Shown: positions 27,735 through 37,450, counted from the stretch's first letter. The stretch: DNA of 64,000 nucleotides from an uncultured Alphaproteobacteria bacterium (GCA_951801825.1 CATOOF010000002.1:31058-95057); one strand, 5' to 3'. A program made the numbers and translations. The notes: generated from the letters alone by a model not told the origin.

Positions 27735-29234
27735 ATGAATAAATTACCAAAATTCTTGTTAAGGTGTTCGATTTTTGCATTGGTGCCGATGGCGGCAAAT
27801 GCGGCGGGTACTTACTATACAGGCAACTATCAGTCGCCCCAGCAGCGCTATTCGAACCAGTCTTACTCGTCTCAGCGCGGGGGAACATACACCCAAAACG
27901 GTGTGACATATAACCGCGTGCCCCAGGGTGGATATAACAATGCGGCGTATGCGTCGACGCGCTATGGCCAGACGGCGCGCCCGAACACGACCCAGAATAA
28001 TAATGTGGCCCCTGCGCCGGCACGTAATGCATCGGCGAAGCAGGGCAACGGATTTACGTTTGGTGGCGGCATCTCGCGTGAGGCGGCAATGTGGAAGTTT
28101 GAGATGAAAGATTCCGCGTCGATTTTGCGCTATGACGATGTTGCGTGGAATGTTTTGGATTTAAATGGTGCGTACGAGTTTAATGCAGGCAGTCTGACGT
28201 TAAAGGTTGATGCCGGCTTTAAATACGGCATGCAATCGGGCGAGTCCAGCATGACCGACGACGATATATCCAAGGGCGGATATTTCATTACCCAGTGGAT
28301 TGATGCCAAGGATAACAGTGTAATCGGCGACCAGATTGGCCACGCCCTGTCGATTGGTACCAGTGACGGCGGCAAGATGTACGGGTTTAACGTTGGATTT
28401 GGTATGGTTGATGCGTTTAAACTGGGCAATGTAAAGTTTACGCCGTCTGTGGGATATCGTTACCTGAAGTATGAGCTGGAAACGAAAAAGAATTATGGTC
28501 TGGCGGTTGATACGGCGGCATGCTTTACCGTCGAGGGCAGTGACGAAGTTCAGTGTGACCCGGCGATAATTGTTCATTATAGCGACGGTTCACAGCAGAT
28601 TTTGTGGCGCGATAGTATTAACAACAAAATGGAAATCGCCCCCAATGCGCAGTATATAGACACCCAGGGCACATATTATTACCAGCAGCCCGGGACCAGC
28701 CACTCGTACGAGGTTGAATGGTCGGGGCCGTATGTCGCAATGGATATGGCGTATGATATTAACCAGTACAATTCGGTTACCGGTCGCGTAGAGTTGGGTT
28801 TCCCCGGATATAAGTCCACCGGCGACCAGCCGTATCGTTTTGACTGGAAACATCCCAAAAGCGTAGAGGACAAGGCGAACATGTTCTCGGCCCTGCATTT
28901 GGGTTTGGGGGCTCAGTGGATGACCGCGCTGACGGATATGGTTTCGCTGTCGCTGGGGGTAACGTATGATTATTATACGGTAAGTGATGCGGATGCGAAA
29001 ACATACCTGAATCCGGAATATTACACTGGTATCTATAACGAGCTGTTGAAACAGTGGGAGGCCGCCGGCAAGACCGAGGCCGACATGCTGAATCCGGAAA
29101 CCGGCGACCCGGCGGCGATAAATATCAAGAACCTGGAATCAGATTGTCCGGGATGGGTATGTTCGGCCAACGGCGAAATAGAATCGTTCTATAAATCACT
29201 GGGCGTGCGTCTGGGGATTGTGGCCCGGTTCTAA
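27735..29234 (+). CDS. Outer-membrane beta-barrel protein (omptin-like topology possible)
   Basis: Signal peptide, amphipathic strands, terminal VARF. Confidence 0.8.
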   Translation: MNKLPKFLLRCSIFALVPMAANAAGTYYTGNYQSPQQRYSNQSYSSQRGGTYTQNGVTYNRVPQGGYNNAAYASTRYGQTARPNTTQNNNVAPAPARNASAKQGNGFTFGGGISREAAMWKFEMKDSASILRYDDVAWNVLDLNGAYEFNAGSLTLKVDAGFKYGMQSGESSMTDDDISKGGYFITQWIDAKDNSVIGDQIGHALSIGTSDGGKMYGFNVGFGMVDAFKLGNVKFTPSVGYRYLKYELETKKNYGLAVDTAACFTVEGSDEVQCDPAIIVHYSDGSQQILWRDSINNKMEIAPNAQYIDTQGTYYYQQPGTSHSYEVEWSGPYVAMDMAYDINQYNSVTGRVELGFPGYKSTGDQPYRFDWKHPKSVEDKANMFSALHLGLGAQWMTALTDMVSLSLGVTYDYYTVSDADAKTYLNPEYYTGIYNELLKQWEAAGKTEADMLNPETGDPAAINIKNLESDCPGWVCSANGEIESFYKSLGVRLGIVARF

Positions 29235-29247
29235 AAAGTAAAAGAAT

Positions 29248-29862
29248 ATGTTGAAAAAAATAGCGTTTTTAATGGCGGCGTTGACGTTTGCAGATGTTGC
29301 AGGCGCCGCGCCGCGCATACTGTCTGGCACGGCCGCGGTTAATGTAACCAGTGAAACGGCCGCGGCGGCTAAAAATATTGCGATGGATAATGCGCGGCGC
29401 CAGATTGTGCGTGACGCACTGTCGCCGTATGCTGATAAAATTGCGCTGGCTGATTTGGTAAAAAACGCGTCTGCATCTGATTTGACGGCGCTGGTTGCGT
29501 CGTCGGGTATTGATGGCGAACAGCAGTCGGCGACCACTTACTCTGCAAATATTACAATGACGCTGGATAATGCGGCGGTGCGGCGCTGGCTGAATGCGAA
29601 TAATATACAAAGCTGGCTGCCGGACAATACGGACGGCGACCAGGTAATGGTTGTTGTTACCCTGCGTGACCGTGTTGGCGATTGGATGCAGCTGAATCAA
29701 ATCGCCCGGGGCGAAAATATTGATTTAAACACGCGCAATATCAGTGGAAATCAGTTAACCATGTCTATTCCCGAATCGGGGCGCCGTATGTTTATATCCG
29801 CCGCACGCAGTGCCGGCTGGCAGGCGACCGATGACGGTGGCGTATTACGTATCTGGAAATAA
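29248..29862 (+). CDS. Exported hypothetical protein
   Basis: Signal peptide; stop/start overlap with the next gene. Confidence 0.8.
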   Translation: MLKKIAFLMAALTFADVAGAAPRILSGTAAVNVTSETAAAAKNIAMDNARRQIVRDALSPYADKIALADLVKNASASDLTALVASSGIDGEQQSATTYSANITMTLDNAAVRRWLNANNIQSWLPDNTDGDQVMVVVTLRDRVGDWMQLNQIARGENIDLNTRNISGNQLTMSIPESGRRMFISAARSAGWQATDDGGVLRIWK

Positions 29863-30746
29863 TGTTTAAGAAAGTTTTACCGTTTTTTGTATTAACAGCA
29901 ATATTGCCGGCGGCGGCATACGCCGATAACCCGGATGAGATTGCATTGTACCTAAATATTCGTCGCATTGGCCTGGAAATGTCGAAAACCCAGGTACGCC
30001 ATGCCGCACAATATCAGGATTCGCCGATACAGGCCCTGAAGGCGGACAGCCAGGATTTTATAAAGGGCGTGTTGGACACCGCGCTGGAGTACAAGCGCAA
30101 CAAGTTCAAATGGGACAACAGCCTGTTTATGGAATACGGTAAAACAACGTTAAAGCCATATAACGAGCCCGCCACGACCAGTGAAAACGCCGACAAGATA
30201 TTGTTGTCGAGTGATATGTCATGGGCCTGTTGGAAATGGGGCCAGTTCAGCTTTGGTCCGACGGTACGCGGCGCGTATGAAACGGAATTCGTCGCCAGTG
30301 GCGATGCCCCGCGCCAGAATCTGGTTCGTGCGAATGCGGGTATGTCGCTGTTTGACCATCCGATAATAAAGAGTCTTTATTTAACCGGCGTATATGAATA
30401 CGATTTTACGTATTCTGATGATAAAATCAGTAAGACGGCGGCAGAACTGGGCTGGCGTTTGGAATACAAACTGCGTGAGGGGGTAAAGTTCCACAGCAAC
30501 GGATATTATCGCGAGTATTTGTCGTATTCCAGCTATATAGCAACCGACCTGGAACGGGATTTTAACGCAACCGTTCGTATGGATACGAATCTGTGGAACA
30601 AGTTCACATTGGGCCCATACGTACAATATCGTCGTGCCAAGGCACGCGGTGCCGACCAGTATGGCAGTAATTTTATAATCGGAATATCATTTAACTATAT
30701 AAATCGTTTTGGTATTATCGACGTTACAAACGATGATAAAAAATAA
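29862..30746 (+). CDS. Outer-membrane beta-barrel protein (DUF3078/DUF481-like)
   Basis: Signal peptide, WDNSLFMEYGK..ENADKILLSS, aromatic-rich strands. Confidence 0.75.
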   Translation: MFKKVLPFFVLTAILPAAAYADNPDEIALYLNIRRIGLEMSKTQVRHAAQYQDSPIQALKADSQDFIKGVLDTALEYKRNKFKWDNSLFMEYGKTTLKPYNEPATTSENADKILLSSDMSWACWKWGQFSFGPTVRGAYETEFVASGDAPRQNLVRANAGMSLFDHPIIKSLYLTGVYEYDFTYSDDKISKTAAELGWRLEYKLREGVKFHSNGYYREYLSYSSYIATDLERDFNATVRMDTNLWNKFTLGPYVQYRRAKARGADQYGSNFIIGISFNYINRFGIIDVTNDDKK

Positions 30747-30751
30747 TTAAA

Positions 30752-30928
30752 CCCGGCGGCAATGCGGCCCGGTACCAGCACCAGAGCCGGGGATAGCGCC
30801 GCCGGGCCATACAGTGTAAGACATTAAGGGGTCGGGGCCCGATACCGTTTCTGTGATTGGAGATGAGAAGACGGTAAAACAGGCCCCGACATTTATTTTT
30901 TACCCACGGATAAATATTTTATTTCCAC
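30752..30928. repeat. 177-bp two-hairpin element E, copy 1 (identical to 50785-50961)
   Basis: Base-by-base identity; hairpins CCCGGCGGC/GCCGCCGGG (30752-30806) and GTCGGGGCC/GGCCCCGAC (30831-30890). Confidence 0.9.
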
Positions 30929-30949
30929 CATAAAACATTCCCGCCGATA

Positions 30950-31126
30950 AAAAATGAACCGCTGTAAAATTTAAGCGGCTGGAGGTCTAAACTATATCAA
31001 TGAAATAGTGGGTTTATTTATGCATATCACCACCCTCCAACCATATAATATAGTCAGAGATTTTTAACGTGCCCCGGCACGCATTGATAAGAGGTTTAGA
31101 TTCCCCACACTAACATCGTTAGTGCA
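30950..31126 (-). ncRNA. Structured X/Y ncRNA, unit A1
   Basis: Promoter TTGCGC-17-TATTAT (31160-31132); + strand GTTTAGA 31094-100 vs TCTAAAC 30986-92, CATTGAT 31082-88 vs ATCAATG 30996-31002; closing stem 30977-31042; terminator CCGC..GCGG-TTCATTTTTT. Confidence 0.8.
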
Positions 31127-31175
31127 CATGAATAATATCATATATAGAAATGTAGCGCAAGAAAAAAATAAATGC

Positions 31176-31363
31176 AAAAACCACTCACTATGAAATGGGC
31201 GGGATTGGAGTATATAAACTATACCAATGATATAGAGCGGCTTATTTGAATCAAAGATTCTTATTCGCCTGCGCTCCAATCCCATAACATAGAGCTATGT
31301 TCATGCTTTTGCATGCATTGGTAAAGAGGTTTAGATTCCTCATATCTGCAACACGCCGATACA
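31176..31363 (-). ncRNA. Structured X/Y ncRNA, unit A2
   Basis: Promoter TTGAAA-17-TATAAT (31398-31370); CATTGGT 31316-22 vs ACCAATG 31223-29, GTTTAGA 31329-35 vs TATAAAC 31213-19 (1 mismatch); stem GGGATTGGAG/CTCCAATCCC. Confidence 0.8.
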
Positions 31364-31410
31364 TAGGTAATTATACATAAGATTTTATAGGATTTCAATA
31401 TATAAAAAGT

Positions 31411-31622
31411 GGTTGGAGCTACAATCTATCGTAAAGTATAGCGGGCTTATTCATGTATATCACCCACTCCAACCATAAAAAGTGGTTGGACGTTAAGAAC
31501 TACTATCAACGAAATAGAACGACTTATTGGTTATTCGTCGTCATCCAACCATAAAAGGCGCCGGGGGTAAGAAACTATCTCGATGGAATAGCCGATTTAT
31601 TTATATATCATCGGCCCCCGGC
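31411..31622 (-). ncRNA. Tandem array of three orphan 3' modules (A3 31411-31474, A4 31484-31550, A5 31560-31622)
   Basis: Each has the closing stem, the GA(A/T)(T/A)..AATAA hairpin and the CTAT-loop-ATAG hairpin; separated by ATAAAAAGT/ATAAAAGGC. Confidence 0.75.
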
Positions 31623-31627
31623 CATGC

Positions 31628-31656
31628 AAAAAAATCTGCCCCCGCGGGTGGGGCGT
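31628..31656 (-). terminator. carD terminator
   Basis: GCCCC..GGGGC hairpin followed by AGATTTTTTT on the minus strand. Confidence 0.7.
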
Positions 31657-31660
31657 GGAA

Positions 31661-32221
31661 CTACGATTCGTCTTCGATTTCTTCTTCTTCGTCGCCTTCG
31701 ACCGCGTTCAAATCAATTTCCTTTGGTATGCCCAAAATGTCTTCGATTTTATCTGATGCCTCGTCTAAATCTATTTTGTGTAATACCGCAAATTCCTGGG
31801 CCATGCGTTCCAGCGCGCGCAGGTACAGCTGGCGCGCAGAAAATGTCATGGTATCGGCCGCACTGCGCCGCTGCAGGTCGCGCACAACCTCCGCCAGTTT
31901 CATCGGGTCGCCCGAGTTTATGTTTTCTTCGTATTGTGCCGCACGGCGTGCCCATATCATGCGCTTGGCCCCGGCCTTGCCCTTGGCGGCGGCGATTGCC
32001 TCATCCATCTTTTTGGCCGATGTTAACGGACGCAGACCCGATATCTCGGCACGTTCGACCGGAACGCGCAGGGTCATGTGGTTGCGCTCAAAATCAATGA
32101 CCAGCATTTTTACCTTCTGGTCGCCAATTGTTTGCTCTTCGACGCGTAATAGTTTGCCGACGCCCTGGGTCGGATATACGACGTATTGTCCTGTTTTAAA
32201 GTCTAATTTCTTGCTTGCCAT
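31661..32221 (-). CDS. carD: CarD/CdnL transcription factor
   Basis: FKTGQYVVYPTQGVG, GLRPL, WARRAAQYEENINSGD..AEVVRDL. Confidence 0.93.
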   Translation of the reverse strand: MASKKLDFKTGQYVVYPTQGVGKLLRVEEQTIGDQKVKMLVIDFERNHMTLRVPVERAEISGLRPLTSAKKMDEAIAAAKGKAGAKRMIWARRAAQYEENINSGDPMKLAEVVRDLQRRSAADTMTFSARQLYLRALERMAQEFAVLHKIDLDEASDKIEDILGIPKEIDLNAVEGDEEEEIEDES

Positions 32222-32339
32222 TTGGCCGTACCCTTTAACGTTGCCATTCTCTCTGACATATCATGCATTATATCATAAAATAAGCAAAAAACAAACACTC
32301 GCGAAAAAAAATAAAGAAAAGCGCCCGTTCGGGCGCCTT

Positions 32340-32882
32340 TTATCGTGGCAAGCGGCGGCGAATCGCACCGGTGCGTCGCACACTGGATGCGCGACTGCCG
32401 ACGTCGGTGCCGCTGGACGTGGCACAATGCCATTCACCGTTCAGTAAAACCGCCGTTTGACCGCCGGGACAATCCGGCTTTTCCAGGCGCCATGCAAAAC
32501 AGCTGCCTTTTTGGTATGACTGGTATGTGGCGTTGTCGCCGCCGCCGCGTGTATATGCACCGTATTCCGCATTCCATATACCCGCCGCCTGGCCGCCGCA
32601 CCATTTACGCTCACCAAAACATTCGATGCAATTACCGCTGGCATCGCATAGCTCTGCCGGGGCGGATGTGGATTTGTAGCCCGACGCGGCCGTGTTGCCG
32701 TGGCCCATTGATTTACCAGTTTCCAAATCCATACACCACAGCTTTTGACACTCGGCCGCATTTATGCCGTCGATGTTGTTGTGGCTGGTTAAAATATAGC
32801 CCGGACCGCATGACGTAAACGCCGCGTTTGCGCCGCCGGCGGCTAAGATTATACTGGAAATTGCGAAAATAATCTGTTTCAT
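32340..32882 (-). CDS. Secreted Cys-rich hypothetical protein
   Basis: MKQIIFAISSIILAAGGANA signal peptide, paired Cys. Confidence 0.8.
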   Translation of the reverse strand: MKQIIFAISSIILAAGGANAAFTSCGPGYILTSHNNIDGINAAECQKLWCMDLETGKSMGHGNTAASGYKSTSAPAELCDASGNCIECFGERKWCGGQAAGIWNAEYGAYTRGGGDNATYQSYQKGSCFAWRLEKPDCPGGQTAVLLNGEWHCATSSGTDVGSRASSVRRTGAIRRRLPR

Positions 32883-32940
32883 CTCTCGGTATCCGTTTAG
32901 ATACATTTTACACTTTTTTCGACCAAATCGCAAACGTTTA

Positions 32941-33369
32941 TTACTGGCCCAGGCCCGCCGGCGTAAACCGCCCGATGTTGTTAAACAGCTCCTGCAGGGC
33001 GTTCAGCTCTATCGCGGCCGGAATCTCCGTCTCGCCGTCGGCGATGCGAACGTTTGGCAAATCATCATCGCGCAGGACGCGCGTCTGTGTTACGCGGTTG
33101 CCCGATACCCATGCCAACAGCACTGTTTTATTATCAAACGTATGGGGCAGGGGGCCGCAATAGTTTTCATCCGCACCGTAATAAATCCAGATTTCGTCGC
33201 CGTACTGGGTCTTTACCTGGGGCATGCCAATTTTTTCGGTCAGTGCGTTTGTTGTTTTTATATCCGCAACAACCGTATCCAAATCCGACGGGAATACGTA
33301 TCCGCGATGCTTGGTCTGAAATGTGCAGGCCGACAGGGCCGCTAAAAATATAAGTAAACTTTTTCTCAT
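32941..33369 (-). CDS. bamE: Outer-membrane assembly lipoprotein BamE/OmlA-like
   Basis: LSAC lipobox, HRGY, IGMPQ..WIYY, ELNALQELFNNIGR. Confidence 0.75.
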   Translation of the reverse strand: MRKSLLIFLAALSACTFQTKHRGYVFPSDLDTVVADIKTTNALTEKIGMPQVKTQYGDEIWIYYGADENYCGPLPHTFDNKTVLLAWVSGNRVTQTRVLRDDDLPNVRIADGETEIPAAIELNALQELFNNIGRFTPAGLGQ

Positions 33370-33429
33370 ACCGATAAAGTTACAACAATTCATATTGTCG
33401 GTGCAACCAAAAAAGATTCCGAATCGCCG

Positions 33430-34158
33430 TTACATTACAAAGTCTTCGCCCAGATAGACTTTTTTAACCATTTCATCTTTGACGATTTCGGCCGTGGTTC
33501 CGTGTTTTAGGATTTTACCGTCATGCAAAACATAACTGCGGTCGGTAATACCCAATGTTTCGCGAACATTATGGTCGGTAATAATAACCCCCAGGCCGCG
33601 ATTTTTCAGCTGGGACACCAGACTGCGGATTTCGTTTACCGCAATCGGGTCAATGCCGGCGAACGGCTCGTCCAGCAGGATGAACTTTGGGTCGTTGGCC
33701 AATGCACGCGCGATTTCAACGCGGCGACGCTCGCCCCCCGACAGGGCGGTCGCAGGACTGCGGCGCAGGGCCGATATTGAAAACTCGTCCAGCAAGGCAT
33801 CTAGCTTTATCTTGCGCTTTTTACGGCTGGGCTCTACCACCTCCAGTATCGCCATGATGTTCTGTTCCACCGACAGGCCGCGGAAAACACTGTTCTCCTG
33901 TGGGAGGTAGCCGATGTGCAGGCGCGCACGCTGATAAAACGGCAGGTGGGTTATATCCTGAGAGTTTAAAAATATTTGGCCGCCGGTGGCACCTATCTGG
34001 CCCGTGATGCAATAAAATGCCGTGGTCTTGCCCGCGCCGTTGGGCCCCAGCAGGCCAACCGATTCGCCCTGGCGTGCGATAAGTGAAATGTCGCGGATAA
34101 CCATACGCTTTCCGTATGATTTCGATAGGTGTTCGACACGTAATACCGATTGCTTCAT
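33430..34158 (-). CDS. lptB: LPS export ABC transporter ATP-binding protein
   Basis: GLLGPNGAGKTT, GYLPQENSVF, LSGGERRRVEIARAL, LDEPFAGIDP, ITDHNVRETL. Confidence 0.96.
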   Translation of the reverse strand: MKQSVLRVEHLSKSYGKRMVIRDISLIARQGESVGLLGPNGAGKTTAFYCITGQIGATGGQIFLNSQDITHLPFYQRARLHIGYLPQENSVFRGLSVEQNIMAILEVVEPSRKKRKIKLDALLDEFSISALRRSPATALSGGERRRVEIARALANDPKFILLDEPFAGIDPIAVNEIRSLVSQLKNRGLGVIITDHNVRETLGITDRSYVLHDGKILKHGTTAEIVKDEMVKKVYLGEDFVM

Positions 34159-34634
34159 AATTTTATCACCAGTTCTTTTGTTAATATGCGGTCGCCGTTG
34201 CTGGAATCGATGCGGACATCACCAATCAGGCGGATTGTTCGTTTCTTGCGGTCGTATTGCGCCGTGCGTGACGTTATATCCTGGGTTATGGTCTGGCCCC
34301 CGGATTTGCGCGTAATCGTGCCCGATACAATGTCCATGTATATTATGTCCGGTGTCTTGTATTCCTGGCGGGCGGTGGCCGCACGCAGGCGGAACGGTGC
34401 ACCGTTTTTATCCGTGCCGGCAAACGATGCACCCGACATTTTAAACTGGTTGCTGATTACGTCGGTCATGTTTATCGCGGATATCGGTGTCCACAACAGC
34501 TGCTTTGTAAACAGGGCGCCCGCAACCAGGGCCGCCACCATTACCAGCCCCCAGCCGGTAAAGAAAAACTGCCACAGGCGCATCCAGCGCCGATGCTTTG
34601 TGAAAATAATAAAACTGCGTTTGTCCTTTTGCAC
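34155..34634 (-). CDS. lptC: LPS export periplasmic protein LptC-like
   Basis: N-terminal TM, FAGTDKNGAPFRLRAATARQ, LIGDVRI; overlaps the lptB start. Confidence 0.75.
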   Translation of the reverse strand: MQKDKRSFIIFTKHRRWMRLWQFFFTGWGLVMVAALVAGALFTKQLLWTPISAINMTDVISNQFKMSGASFAGTDKNGAPFRLRAATARQEYKTPDIIYMDIVSGTITRKSGGQTITQDITSRTAQYDRKKRTIRLIGDVRIDSSNGDRILTKELVIKL

Positions 34635-34721
34635 ATACGCAGTTTAGACCGCCCGTACGAAAAAAGCAATTTTTATATTTGTACAGGCATCTTTTTATGT
34701 TATAATCATAGGCAAGAGAGA

Positions 34722-35534
34722 ATGAAAAAAACCTTACTTATTTTTGCCGCTATTGTCACAGTGTGTCCAAACTGGGCGCATGGGGCGGTAACAATTAAAA
34801 AGGCGGCGCCTGTTTCTACCAAGGCAACATCCCCCGTCGAAAGTACCGGCAGTTTGGTGCCAACGGTGCTGGGGCTGGTCGGTGCGGTAAAGCAGCTGGA
34901 CGCCAAGACCAAGGAATTAACCGCGGAATGTATTCCGACCGCGGCTGAAATTACATTTGTAAACAATACTGTAAAGGAATGGGCCAAAACAGGTGCATCA
35001 ACCGCAGACGAGGCCGAAAAGGCATTAGGTATGCGTCGGTGCAGGGATGTGTCCAGCGGCGGGTATGCGCGTATGGTTGAAATGAATGCCGGTGACGACG
35101 ATGACGAGTTTTTATGTACCGACTGGTTCGGCGGGCCCGGTAATGTCGGAATGGTATGGGAGAATTTCCCAATGGCGGCAAAGGCAACATATTGTGCCGA
35201 TGGTTCTTTTGAGTGCGGCAACTCGCAAAAGAAAACTGTTTCAAATATTTACAATATATTCAATTTAATTGATTTTAGTGATGCGGATTATACCCCGTCA
35301 GAGGCAAAAATGGCCAGCCAGCTGATGGCAAAGATTGAAAAGTGTTCGGATGCAAAACTGAGTGCCACAAAACGCGCCATGTGGGGTGAATTTTTGGTAA
35401 ATACCATCAGTAATGTTGGCCAGCCAACGAATACCGGTGCAATTATGCAGTCGGTCGGTAATATTTCAAACAGTGGTTTGGGCGGGGGAATATCATCCCT
35501 GTCGGGATTGGCAACCCAGCTGTTGAATAAATAA
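34722..35534 (+). CDS. Secreted hypothetical protein
   Basis: MKKTLLIFAA..WAHGA signal peptide. Confidence 0.8.
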   Translation: MKKTLLIFAAIVTVCPNWAHGAVTIKKAAPVSTKATSPVESTGSLVPTVLGLVGAVKQLDAKTKELTAECIPTAAEITFVNNTVKEWAKTGASTADEAEKALGMRRCRDVSSGGYARMVEMNAGDDDDEFLCTDWFGGPGNVGMVWENFPMAAKATYCADGSFECGNSQKKTVSNIYNIFNLIDFSDADYTPSEAKMASQLMAKIEKCSDAKLSATKRAMWGEFLVNTISNVGQPTNTGAIMQSVGNISNSGLGGGISSLSGLATQLLNK

Positions 35535-35626
35535 CTATCGCGGCACGTTACATGCCGCGTTTTTTCTGCTTTACTCGGACCCTTAAAAATCGTATAATAA
35601 GGGGGATAATATATAAAGGAACGGGG

Positions 35627-37168
35627 ATGAAAAACAAATCTGTTGCATCAACATTAGTTATTGCGCGTATGATTGCGCTGGCGTCGGTGGTGGGACTGGC
35701 CGGGTGTGCATCAATGCGTGGCGCTAATAATGGCGAATATGCGCCTGTGGCAACGCCCACTGTTGATTATGTGGAATCGTTGGATGTTTATTCTGCCCCG
35801 CACAAGGATTCATTCCTGAACCAGTTGGCGATGAATTATCGCTCTTATGCCATTTATAATGCCCGTACCAGCGGATATGCCGATATGGGCGAACTGTTCG
35901 CACAAAAGGCAGTGGCCGCATTTTCTGGGGAATTACCGTTCCCGGAAACGCTGTCTAACTGGCCCGTAGATGATGAGCAGACCGCGTTTGAGCTTAGCCA
36001 GGCGTACAATGAATTATTGGACGAGCTGAAAAACGATGCCAGCGAGAATAACCCGGAATTAGCCGCAGAGGCCCAGGCAAAATTTGACTGCTGGTTGTCG
36101 GCGGCGGCATCCGGCCAGAAATCTACCGCCCGCGAATGCCGTACGCGTTTTAACAAAACAATGACCGCACTGCGTGATTGTCGTGGCGGCAAAATAGTAA
36201 GCCCGCGTCCGACAAAAACAGTGACATCTACGGAAACGATTGCGGTTGAGACAACAACGCGTCGTGCGGATGCGCAAAATTATTATCCTGATACGCGTAA
36301 TATGTCTGCAATGACTGGTGCGGGACGCGCCCGCGAAGGTGTTATTATCGTTAATAATGTAAATGTTCCAGAGCACCTGATTAATCCTGTTCCGGTTCAG
36401 CCGATGGTGTTTAACCAAAATATTTACGGCGGCGACAAGTCTATGAGTAACAGTTTGAACAACAATGCAAATAATAATTCGTTGACGGATTGTGTTGATG
36501 ATGAATGCACCACGGTTGTTCAGATGCCAAACGCCCGTGCAGAGGCCCCGGCCGCCGCCGCAGAGATTCCGATGATGGGTGACGAATTCGTAAGCCGTGA
36601 CGAGTTTATAAATATGATGATGGCGATGCGTGCAGAGTTGCAGGCAATAAACGCCCGTCTGGACAAGATTCAGGCCGCCCAGAACGATAAAACCATGATA
36701 AAGGTTCAGCAGATTCCGCTGGAACCGTCCCAGCATATAATGGAAGAGGTCTTTGAGATTCACTTTGATTTCAACAAGGCCACTATAAAGCCGGAATATC
36801 AGGATTTAATCCGTAAACTGGCCGGTGCAACCCAGGCAAACAAGAATATAAAGGTATCTGTGGTCGGTCATACCGATACATCCGGTTCCAAGGATTATAA
36901 TTATTCGTTGGGTGGGCGTCGTGCAGAGGCGGTACAGAATATGCTGATAAAATATGGCATACCCGCCAGCCAGATTGTCGCAGTGTCTGCGGGCGAAGAA
37001 GATTTGGCGGTACCGACACCGGATGGTGTTCCAAATGCTCAGAACCGCCGTGTTCGCGTTGTAAAAGAGGTGTATTCCGAGGACAGGGCACAATCAGCGG
37101 CACCCGTCGCGATTGAGGTAACAGAGGTTTCCGCCGACGAATGCGGAATGTATGGTTGCGGCCAGTAA
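35627..37168 (+). CDS. OmpA-family lipoprotein
   Basis: LAGC lipobox, AQAKFDCW, IHFDFNK..VVGHTDTSG..YNYSLGGRRAEAV..NRRV. Confidence 0.9.
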   Translation: MKNKSVASTLVIARMIALASVVGLAGCASMRGANNGEYAPVATPTVDYVESLDVYSAPHKDSFLNQLAMNYRSYAIYNARTSGYADMGELFAQKAVAAFSGELPFPETLSNWPVDDEQTAFELSQAYNELLDELKNDASENNPELAAEAQAKFDCWLSAAASGQKSTARECRTRFNKTMTALRDCRGGKIVSPRPTKTVTSTETIAVETTTRRADAQNYYPDTRNMSAMTGAGRAREGVIIVNNVNVPEHLINPVPVQPMVFNQNIYGGDKSMSNSLNNNANNNSLTDCVDDECTTVVQMPNARAEAPAAAAEIPMMGDEFVSRDEFINMMMAMRAELQAINARLDKIQAAQNDKTMIKVQQIPLEPSQHIMEEVFEIHFDFNKATIKPEYQDLIRKLAGATQANKNIKVSVVGHTDTSGSKDYNYSLGGRRAEAVQNMLIKYGIPASQIVAVSAGEEDLAVPTPDGVPNAQNRRVRVVKEVYSEDRAQSAAPVAIEVTEVSADECGMYGCGQ

Positions 37169-37279
37169 GTTCGGAAATTCCTGAATTTTAGTCGGGAATT
37201 TTACGATTATGCTTGACAAAAAACGAGTGTTGGTATAAACTGGGCGTGTCAGAGAGATGTTTTTGAAGAGGCATTGAAA

Positions 37280-37450
37280 ATGACTGATAAGGTAAATATG
37301 TTTAATAAAGCGGGCGCTGCGATGCAGCAGGCGGCGGGTTATCGTCGTGGAATGGCACGGGTTCAGGCATTTGACCTGGCAAAGGCTTTCCAACGCCGTA
37401 ATATAACATTTGATGGCATGGATGTATTTCCGGGCCAGAACGAAAAATAA
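37280..37450 (+). CDS. Small hypothetical protein (56 aa)
   Basis: TTGACA-17-TAAACT promoter (37213-37241), GAAGAGG RBS, MTDKVNMFNK..FPGQNEK*, terminator 37473-37498. Confidence 0.7.
   Translation: MTDKVNMFNKAGAAMQQAAGYRRGMARVQAFDLAKAFQRRNITFDGMDVFPGQNEK

Noticed and set aside
30752-30890. Element E as SRP RNA, 6S RNA or a tRNA
   Set aside because: No SRP domain IV (CAGG..GNRA..AGCA) motif, no cloverleaf, and two separate hairpins rather than one 6S-type rod.
31411-31622. CRISPR array interpretation of the GGTTGGAG..CTCCAACC repeats
   Set aside because: The repeats are inverted stem arms enclosing conserved internal structure, not identical direct repeats with free spacers; no cas genes in the window.
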